A DNA stretch of 32,138 nt from Octopus bimaculoides (GCF_001194135.2 NC_068990.1:51489070-51521207), one strand, 5' to 3'; shown: positions 12,283-22,119, counted from the stretch's first letter. The notes: a model not told the origin generated them from the letters alone. Numbers and translations: made by a program.

Positions 12283-15200
12283 TTTACAACCTGAAGGAAA
12301 AGCGAATAATGGAAGCCAAGAATGAAGTGGTGGAGAGGTGCCTGGCACCAATATGGAATCGGGTATACTACGCTAGCAGTTGAACACGAAGCGCAACAAT
12401 CGAAGCACAGTTCCCAACGGCTAACGTAGCCAAGGAGGTGTCAACAACGACACTAAAAAAAGAAGAGGTAATGTTGCTAGCCACATACTTGGGACGCAGA
12501 TCTCCAAAAACTACGGTCGAAGAAATCCCAGCCGGATATGAAGTTATGTGTGTAGCAGCGGCAGTAATTTACGATGTAGATGAGGAGGTGTCCATCTTAG
12601 AGATGAAAAAGAAAGACGCAGTAAACTGGAAAAGCCAGACACTAGAAATGGTAGTTCAATTTGCGAATGAAACCCTAGAAAATTTACCTAATTGGGTATT
12701 TGTAGGAGAGGGGCTATCAATGCTAGTGGCCATGGAGGGACGTTGGTCCCGATGCTTCATGTGTGGAGAGAAGGGCCTCGTTCGCTCCAAGCGCACCAAA
12801 AATAAAAAAAGAGAATGAGGCCCCACCCCCAAAAGCTACAAAAGAGTTGAAAGAAAAAACAGACAAACCGGAAAAGGCTTCAGAGAAGAAGGAAGAAAAT
12901 GTCGCTGAGAAGTAAGACAAATGAAGAAATGGATTTTACCACAGTCACACACAAACGAAAAAAGACACATGTCCCTGCCTCCCCTCTCCAATCAAAAATA
13001 TCAACAAACCATGCAACAGACACACACAACCAAACGCTCCAACCCAACTCCACGGTAACATCATTTATCCCCCCACCAAAAAAAATATGCGAAATAGCAG
13101 TGGCCTTTAGAAAGAAAAATGAAGTGTTGTCTAAAATAATTGGATCACACCATAAGGCACGTGTGTACAAAATATTGAAAGACATCGATAGGCATTAGAT
13201 TTGCAATAATGGACGAAAGCCTCTTGACAGACGTGAAAGCGCGTTACCCGGGCTATCTAAGAGATGTCAGCACTGAAGTGGCGGTGGTAAAATTAATTGC
13301 AAGCCCGGTAGCCACGCCAAGGAAAAGCCCAGCGGCTACACAAATGAAAAGCCCAGCGGCTACACCAGTAAAAGAAAAGGATGGGGAGGCATCCGAATTT
13401 GTGCAACCCCTCCCCAAACTTAAATTGTAATTCTTTTCTATAAATTTTCATCATGTCGATTAAGTTAGGGTGCGTAAATGTGCGTGGGCTGGGGTCGAAA
13501 TAGAAACAAGCTTGTTTCCTGGATGACCTCAGGTCACGAGATACAGATGTGGCCATTGTAACTGAGTCCAAGATGAGTGAACCACAAGCGTTCTTGCCTC
13601 TTCTAAATGGCTATGAGAAATTTATTTCTCCTAGCCGACGAGGAGAAGGGGCGTGGTGGTCCTACTCAGGAAGACCTTTGACTTACAGGTCAGTATAGTC
13701 TTTCTGGACCCTGAAGGTAGGCTGTTCGTCCTAGATGTGACCCACGAGAGTAAACAATCCTTCAGGTTGGTAGCTCTCTATGCTCCTAAGGAGTGTAGGC
13801 AGTCTGGTTTTTATCGAAACCTAGAGCACTTTCTAGTGATATCAAAAACTGTAGTTCTGTTAGGAGACTTTAACACTATTCTCGATGCACGGGTGGATAG
13901 TGTTGGCTCGACTAATAGGCGGGGAAATCCTGGCCTCAAGTGTCTACTTGACAGCTATAATCTAGTAGACCGTTACAGACCGGATCAGCCAAGCGTTCCA
14001 CAATGTACGTGGGGTAATAACGACGGCTCATGCAGATCTTATATAGATAGGATATTCATTAGAGATAGAGATAAGGATACTTTTAGTTGTCCACAATTTT
14101 GTATTTTCCTTTAAAAGGATCACAAATTCGTGACGTGTGAGGTACATATAGATAAATGTCATTGACAAGGGCCCGGGTACTGGAAGATGAACAAATCTAT
14201 TTTGACTTGTGAAGCCTTCCGTACCCGGATTAAGGATTTAGGACAGAGGGCATTATGTGGCACCATCATTAATTATAGATGGTGGCACGCCCTCAAGAAA
14301 GTCATTCGTTTAGAGTCTATTAGATTAATCAATCAGCTAAGTTTAGATAGATCTAGAATAGAAAGGGAACTAATTAAGAATTTAGACGAGGCAAAGGAAT
14401 CTGGCTCTGCGGCTGGGGTCCTGGTGGCGAGAACGGTCTTGTACCGTCACCTCACCTCAAAGCTAAGCACGAAGGCTGCAGAGTTAGAACTAAGCTACGT
14501 GCAGTGGACCGAGAAGGTATTAACGTTGCCGGATGGGCCCGTCGTGTGGAGCGTCAGAGTGGCAAAAAAGCCTCTATAAAGTCTTTAACTGAAGAAAAGG
14601 GGCGCAAGATTTATGGACAAGGAAAGATACAAAAGGCTTTTCACCAACATTTTGCCTGGTTGTTTGGGCAGAACGACGCACTCGAGCGTGGAGAGCCCCT
14701 AAAGGACTTCCTTGCCAGTGGGCCACGTGAGGCGGAATGCTGTGAAGGACCAATTTAACCTGCGAAGTCAAAGAGGTGTTGGCCGAGTGCGCCGGAGACA
14801 AGCTGCCGGGGCTGGATGGTCTACTCTATGAGTTTTATCGTAGCAAGTCGGACTTTTTCGGGGACCTACTGGCAGTTTTATAGGAACGCTTTACCTGTTC
14901 ACAAGAAGTTACCCAGGCACGGAATGTCAGTGCCACCGACATGTCCAGGATGTGGACTGGACGAAGAAAACGTTCTGCACGCTCTTGTACACTGTCGGAA
15001 GCTGTTAAGCTTGATAATTTACGTTGAACACGTGTTGTCGCATCTGGGTACAGTACAGCTATCGGCTGAATCTATAATAAAGATTGTGCCACCAAAAGGA
15101 CTCTCAAAAGAAGGTGAGGCATGTTTTCTCTGTACAGTTGCAGTAATGAAAGAGTGTGTATGGAGGACTTGAATGCAAGGACTCGTGACGGGATCCTTCG

Positions 15201-15529
15201 TCTCTGGCCAGGGGCAGCTACTATACTTCAGATACCATCTGAAGAGCAAGATAGGGCTGGAGAGGAGGATTCTGTCGCGGAGCGTGTTTGAAAAAAGATG
15301 ATAAGAAAGGTGGGTGTAAGTAACCCTACTTAATCGTCATAGGAAAAAGGAAAGGGCTAGCCGCTGGGCCTTCCAGGCAACCGGGTATAGTCGCTCCTCT
15401 GAAAAAAGTTAAATTAAATTATGTTTCATCAATACTTTAAATCTATAAGCGACATTCGAGCTCATCATAATATTATTTGTGTGTATTGTCCAAAATTTAT
15501 ATGATACTCATTATTGTAAAAAATATTTC
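12283..15529 (+). mobile_element. L1/Tx1-clade LINE copy 2: ORF1 + APE, RT core deleted
   Basis: ORF1 12283-13430 (degenerate knuckle CFMCGEKGLVRSK, SPAAT repeats). APE from about 13455 is co-linear with copy 1. After LPYEFY the sequence jumps to WQFYRNALPV...CPGCGLDEENVLHALVHC. Confidence 0.9.
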
Positions 15530-15546
15530 ACCTCTATCCGAACAAT
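15530..15546 (+). other. Junction motif ACCTCTATCCGAACAAT
   Basis: Follows the copy-2 3' UTR and precedes element C. Confidence 0.7.
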
Positions 15547-16672
15547 GGCTACGAGCGACGTGGAACCCTGAGTTGAATGAAGTTTGTATTTGAGTATACG
15601 TGTAAATCGCTTTGTTGATGCATGTGGAAGGTCTTTCATATCAACTGTTAATTAATTGAATTGTTGAATTGTTATTTTTGCTTAATTGTTTTCTTCCCCA
15701 TTTATGGGTGAAGTTGTAACAAAAATAAAAAGTGAAGACCCAACAAGTCGGCTGCTATGCTGCAGCAACCGGAAATGGTTTCACTGCGGATGTACTGAAG
15801 TGAGAGAAGTGAAATTTGAAGAGAAAAGATTGAAGGAGTTTAACGAGCTCATCATGAAGGAGCTTACCATCCTGAGGCTGACCCCGCCTCAAGAAGTGGC
15901 AGATAAGACGACGAAAAGGACAGTAGTCTATAGAACGTTGTCCACAGCAACTTAAAGGTAGAGATAGCTACGGTGGAAGCAGTGGAGGAATGCCTAAAGG
16001 ACATAAAGGACTTCATTATATACTCAAATACAAACTAGAGGAAAGAAGTACGGCACAGTGGAGGTTTGGTTCACGACCGAACAGGACGCCATAAAGTACT
16101 GCATTGTGTCGTTGAGGTCGTGAGAGTGGGCACTACTGCCAACCTACTGTGGCAAACGTGCGGCCAGAGTTAAGATTGGCAGAGTGCTCCCAGAGATCGA
16201 TGAGGCGTGGCTGGTGGCAGCCATCCTCTTCAATACGGAGGAAGAAACAAGAATTCTCAAGGTTACAAGAACAACAGAGGTAAACTGACGGGGATACGGC
16301 CTCGAGGTGTCGGTCCAAATCAGTTTACCAGATTTGCATAAAATCACAGAAGAGATTGCCCGAGGATGTAAAACTGAGAGTGGTAGTGGAGGGAAGACCT
16401 CCCATCTGCTACCACTGCGGAGTGCGGGGACACGTGAAAGCGAGGTGTCCCCAGAATCACGAAGAGGACGTAGAGCAAGAGAAGCAGGAAGAGGGAGAAG
16501 AACAAAGAGTTGAGGCACAAATGCAAGTAGGCGGAAAGAATACAGAAAATGTGGGAGAAAAGTATACAATAGGAAAAAGAAAGAAGTGAGAAGAAAACTT
16601 GAATTCGCCACCAAAAGTCCGTGGAAAAAGAGAAAGGAGAACATAGAGGAGAATCAGTGTGTAAAACCAACC

Positions 16673-17764
16673 GGATCATTTCCTTTTGGCCGGCACATAG
16701 AAAGCATAATTTTTTGTAACTATACACTTTCAAATTTCGTATACTGGTAGAATGTGTCATTTAAAACATCACTTACTCTTGCCGTTGTTTGTCAACAACA
16801 ACTATCGGTGGTATATATTTCGTTTGTCACTGTTATTTATGACATCGTGCGTTTGTACTGGTTTTAGCTCTGGGGTTTTAGGGTTAGGGTTAGGGTTCGG
16901 ATTTTAGAGTTAGGTTTATGGTTTTAGGGTCAGGGTTAGGGATAGGGTTTTAGAATTAGGGTTACGGTTAGGGTTTTAGGATTAGGTCAGGGTTTTTTCA
17001 GCTACTATTTTCGGAAATGCATTTTGCCCCTCCCCCTCCAATTTCTTCATTTTTCACATTTTTCCGTAACCCTAAAATCCCAACCCTAATCCTAATCGTA
17101 ACACCCTAACCCTAACCCTAACTTTAAAACCCTAACCCTAAAACCCTAACCCTCACCTAACCCTAAAGCCCTAACGCTAACCCAAACTCTAAAACCCTAT
17201 CCCTGACCCTAAAACTCTAACCCTAACCCTAAATCCCCAAAGCTGAAACCAGTACAAACGCACGAACGATGTCATAAATAACAGTGACAAACGAAATATA
17301 TACCACCGATAGTTGTTGTTGACAAACAACGGCAGTAGCTTTATCCAAGGGAAAAGATCCCAAAATAGGCAATTTAGAAAACGCTAAAACAAAACGTAAA
17401 TACTTCCACAAACAAAATAAACTGAAATAAATTAAAAAATAACTAATAAGTAAATTGATTAAACTATATACACGTGTATATCAAATGTAAATCTATTAGA
17501 AATAACAGTGACAAAGTAAATTTACACCGCCAGAACGTCTTGTTGACAAACCACAGCATTAATTGCTTTCACCTCAATAGATTGATTGGTTGAAATTACC
17601 GAAATACAACTTTAACACGAAATAACTTCGAAAATAAAGAATTTTCTTAAAATGCCAAGAGTAAATGATGTTTTAAATGACACATTCTACCAGTATACGA
17701 AATTTGAAAGTGTTTAGTTACAAAAAATTATGTTTTCTATGTGCCGGCCAAAATGGGAAGATCC
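16673..17764. mobile_element. Foldback-type MITE with long TIRs and head-to-head telomere-like arrays
   Basis: Termini GGATCATTTCCTTTTGGCCGGCACATAGAAA / TTTCTATGTGCCGGCCAAAATGGGAAGATCC. The outer ~110 bp are near-perfect inverted repeats, and a second inverted block pairs about 16785-16870 with 17235-17335. Flanks AACCAACC (16665-16672) and AACCAGCC (17765-17772). Confidence 0.88.
16872..17232. repeat. Degenerate (TTAGGG/TTTTAGGG)n facing (CCCTAA/CCCTAAAA)n
   Basis: G-rich array at about 16872-16992, a spacer, then a C-rich array at about 17067-17232. Confidence 0.92.
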
Positions 17765-18470
17765 AACCAGCCATACCAAAGGGAATTATTACGGAGGAGA
17801 AAATATGTGTGCAGAAAAGAAAGGAAGATAGAAGAGAGATACCAACAACAACGAGTGAGAGAGATACAGAGAAGGATGAAACACCGCGCCAGGAACGTCA
17901 GAGATTAATGATGGAAAGTGGGAAGAGATACCAAAAGGAAAACACAATAAGACTATGATAAACTATAAAAAAGTGTGAAAATCGAGAAAAGAATTACTAA
18001 GAGGAAACGTAATTAGAGTTAAGTTATCAGAGAGTGAGTGTAGCGAGGGCAGTTTTGCATGAGAAAGAGAGAGGGAGGAGAGATATTGAAGGAGTTATTT
18101 GGAGAGAAAAAAGAAATATCGAGGATACAGATTCGGTACGATGAGGTGCCACCAGTGGTGGCATTTATGGACTTCATAGAACACATAATGTAAATGAAAG
18201 TAAGTAAAATGTTTAAAATCTTAAATAGTGACTTTTGAAAAATGATGCAAAAAGTGAAAAATGAACTGTATGTTAAATGTTATAAATGAACAGTTAAATG
18301 ACACTGCCTGCGAGTGGGGAGCAGGTAAGACATTGCATATTTCATTTTATCATTTTATCATTATAATTCATTATTTCATTCATTATATGTTTTTGTACCC
18401 CACTGTGTTGTGCTGTCTGTCTATGTATCGTCCTCTCTTTGTAAAGCCTGTGTGCTCAAATAAAGAAACA

Positions 18471-18487
18471 ACCTCTAGCCAAACAAT
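18471..18487 (+). other. Junction motif ACCTCTAGCCAAACAAT
   Basis: Begins 6 nt after the AATAAA of element C. Confidence 0.7.
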
Positions 18488-19463
18488 TGTCTCGTGATGA
18501 CTCGGATTTTTTGCGTCGTAATTTGCATTTACCAAAGTTATGTGAGTCCATTCCGTGTGCTTTTGTCTGATATTGTGATATTTTTGTGTATTTTGCTTTG
18601 AACTGAACTGTTATCCCTGGAACAATAATTTTGGTATTCTTCCAAAAAGAATAAAATGATGTAAAGCAGTGCAATCTTCTCAGCAGGGAAAAAAGAGAAA
18701 CAAAACGCATCAATAAGACATTTTAACCGAATGTGATTGCTGCATATATGATGAAGGGAACACTGGTAAGTTATTTTTTTAGATAACCGTTAATCGAAAG
18801 AACGTCTTAGTAAAACAAACTTCTTTATTAACCGACAATAAAGACATTTAACAGCCCTCTAACTTTTGAATTCAAGAAATTGTTTAAATCTGAAAACAAT
18901 CCTCCACCTAACCCAAGATTGAAACAGTATGAAAACGATCTCTGGTCTATCGTGAGGAATGTGAAATTCCACCGTTCACCCTTAAGCAATAAACAGCTAT
19001 CTTCACAATATCATCAAATAAATTCATAACATGAATGGGATACTGGTTCAATAGGATAAAACAGGAAACTTATACAGACTTACCAAGGATTATTCCCTAG
19101 ATGTGCTTAGAAAAGAAATACAAAAGAACTATAGGATTACTGGTAAAAGTGCAATCAGGAACGCCAACCTTGAGGCTAAGAAAATTATGGAGATGAAGAC
19201 CGACCCCATGATCCCAAACAAGTTCGTTTATTTTAAAAAATCACAAACAAATGTTTTTTAATAACCCAACCTTACGAATTATTTGTCCTTCTAGCTCTGA
19301 CATCTGTGTACTTAGTAAAAATATTCTAGATAAATATATTCCTACTTTAGTTAAAAAATGAAAGCTTAATTTATGGTCTAATTCGTTCCAAGTGTTCGAC
19401 TGGTTCATTTCTATTAATAACAAGAAGTGCGCTAAGTTTGTCCAGTTTGACATTTTTAGTTAC

Positions 19464-19627
19464 TATTCCTCTATCAACCCAGTTGTACATAACAATGCAC
19501 TCTGGTTCGCACACAACAAAGCAGGTCTCACCAAGGATGAAATTACTATCCTCTATCAACCCAGTTGTACATAACAATGCACTCTGGTTCGCACACAACA
19601 AAGCAGGTCTCACCAAGGATGAAATTA
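19464..19627 (+). repeat. 82-bp tandem duplication inside the PLE RT
   Basis: CCTCTATCAACCCAGTTGTACATAACAATGCACTCTGG...CCAAGGATGAAATTA repeated with starts at 19468 and 19550. Confidence 0.95.
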
Positions 19628-21354
19628 ATGTCGTGTTAGCCGCCAGAAAATCTAATATTAAATTTGAGAACAAGCTGTGGGTCCGTTAAGATACGCTCAA
19701 CAGTTTTGATATCACGATGGGAAGTTCTGATTCAGCACAAATCGATGGTTTGGTCGGTATATATATCCTTTATGAGATGGGTGACCAATTCCAAAACATC
19801 AACGAAAGTCTATATCGTGATGGTTGTCTACTCTACCTTCAAAATGCTTCTAACCAAAAATTACAAAGGGCTAAATTTTTCCGAAACGTGGGCATTGTTT
19901 TCGATGATGATATAACTAAAGCAAACTTTTTGGATATTACCCTTAACTTACATAATGATTCATATTTCCCATACCATAAATCCTCAACTAATTTAAAATA
20001 TATTAGCTCTTTCAGTAACCATTCTGAGGCTATTACAAGGAATTAACTTAAGAATATTTCACTTAGACTTTCTAGATAATCTGCCTGTGTTGATATCTGC
20101 AATGATAAAACCGAATCTCATAAATCTGCCTTACCTAAAGCTGGCTATAAAGAAAAATTACCTATATTAACCCTATTGAGATTAAATTCACCTCTATTAA
20201 TCAAGACATGAAATCAAGTCATAACGGTAATAACAACAAAACTTTTAGTTCGAATAACAACACTCAATCGAGTAATGTAATTCTAGAGCGTAAGGGAGCT
20301 AACCGTTCTTTAAGACCCTTTTTTCTTTGTAAAAGTACATCTAGGACTTTTAAAGATAATTACCCTAACAATAACGTATGTCCTAGCAAAACTGTTTGGT
20401 TGATATTTCCATACGGTAAGCAGATCAAATCTAACCTCCCTTACTAATTTCGTGAGGCTATAGATAAGAATTTCCCACAAAATTCAAGATACCATTCCAT
20501 TATCAATTCACACCAAATCAGGATAGGGTTTTCAAACACCAAAAACCTTTCACAAATCATCTCTTCTCATAACAAAATTTGTTAAATACAAATCCACTTA
20601 ATGAAAATTATAACATTGATATTTTTGACACTAACCATTCGTTGATCAATAATAGCAACAATATTAGTATTTCTGATATAAATTCCAATCGCATTCGTTT
20701 TCTTAGCAGTAATTCTAAGACTAAAAACTATTCATCAATGTAAAATTGCTTCCGGTTCTTCATCTCAGTTGTCCAAAAGAATATCTAATCATTACTCTAC
20801 ATTTAGACATATCAATGAACGTAACAATAGTGGGATTAGTAAATTAATTTGGTCTCTAAAGGAACATAATAATTTGAATTGGAATGGACTATTCTATCTA
20901 GATCCTTTCCGTATGGTAAAAGTAAACCTTTTAGCTCGCTCTGTAACGATGAACTGTATTTCATCCTGTTCTGAGAGAATCCTCTTGTAAACACGTTTAA
21001 AGAATGCGTTTTTCGTTGCAAACATTGGCAAAAACATACCTTTAGTTCTTATAAGTGATTTCTAACAGACTATAAAATTCGACCTTTAACTATCTTCTTA
21101 CATTTCACTTCCACTAAATATAACTATTTCCACACCTTTAATCTGTATTCCTATTCACCTATTACACTATATTTCTCCACTTTAGTTTTCTGATAATTTC
21201 TTTCTTCTTCCTCCTTCTCTTTCTATAAATTGCTTTGACGTTATATCTAAAAACGTTTTTTTAAAAGAAATAACTTACTAGCGTTCCCTCCATCATAAAT
21301 GCAGTAATCACATTCGGTTAAAATGTCTTATTGATGCGTTTTGTTACTCTTTTT

Positions 21355-21440
21355 TTCCTTGATGAGAAGATTGCATTCATTTATATCATTTTATTCCTTC
21401 CTAAAAAATACCAATGTTTTCTTCGAAACATATGTCGGAA
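21355..21440 (+). ncRNA. Type I hammerhead ribozyme motif in the PLE terminal repeat (C3>U variant)
   Basis: Stem I TTCC/GGAA; core TTGATGA; stem II GAAGA/TCTTC with a long loop; GAAA; stem III AC-ATAT-GT; GUC cleavage triplet at 21434-21436. Confidence 0.7.
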
Positions 21441-21658
21441 GTATAAAGATTTAAATAACAACTCAATTTATTTATATATGTTATACAAAAACATTTCACC
21501 AAAACCTCGAGTTTCTACCTTTATAAGTAGGCTGTTACATCCTTGGTACTTATGTGAATTTTTGCTACCCTGGTAACTATTCATTTATTTTTTCCGTGTT
21601 ATTTGTAAACATTGTAAAAATACACATAAATTTATATATATATATATATATGTGTGTT

Positions 21659-21874
21659 NNNNNNNNNNNNNNNNNNNNNNNNNNNNNNNNNNNNNNNNNN
21701 NNNNNNNNNNNNNNNNNNNNNNNNNNNNNNNNNNNNNNNNNNNNNNNNNNNNNNNNNNNNNNNNNNNNNNNNNNNNNNNNNNNNNNNNNNNNNNNNNNNN
21801 NNNNNNNNNNNNNNNNNNNNNNNNNNNNNNNNNNNNNNNNNNNNNNNNNNNNNNNNNNNNNNNNNNNNNNNNNN
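21659..21874. other. Assembly gap flanked by TA/TG microsatellite
   Basis: N bases. Confidence 1.
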
Positions 21875-21914
<40 letters not shown>

Positions 21915-22119
21915 TATACAGACATTCACACACTCATAAACTTGCATATATGTATAAATATATATACAAATACACACATATACGCTGTCGGACATATTGC
22001 CATGGGTATATTTGAACAACTTATAATAATACATATAATACTCTATTTGTCTACATACATATGCATATACATATACGTATACATACACACATACACATAC
22101 ATACATACATCTACATAAC

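Larger units (their letters stand above)
15547..18470 (+). mobile_element. ORF1-only element C (partial PHD-like motif + RRM-like + CCHC knuckle), interrupted by a MITE
   Basis: Peptides RGKKYGTVEVWF, LPTYCGKRAARVKIGRVLPEIDEAWLVAAI and EGRPPI-CYHCGVRGHVKARC (16407-16448). The purine-rich tail resumes after the MITE and ends DEVPPVVAFMDFIEHIM* (stop 18191-18193). AATAAA at 18459. No APE or RT sequence. Confidence 0.78.
18631..21445 (+). mobile_element. Penelope-like element (RT + GIY-YIG), decayed, with an inverted terminal repeat
   Basis: RT remnants FVQFDIFSYYSSI, FDITMGSSDSAQIDGLVG, LYRDGCL, ANFLDITLNL. GIY-YIG-region remnants KRISNHYSTF...SKLIWSLK and CKHWQKHTF* (about 21058). About 18631-18787 is an inverted copy of about 21243-21413. 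Confidence 0.85.

Noticed and set aside
16872-17232. Telomere-telomere fusion site
   Set aside because: The arrays lie inside matched TIRs with a target-site duplication and interrupt a single retroelement ORF; a transposon explains this better.
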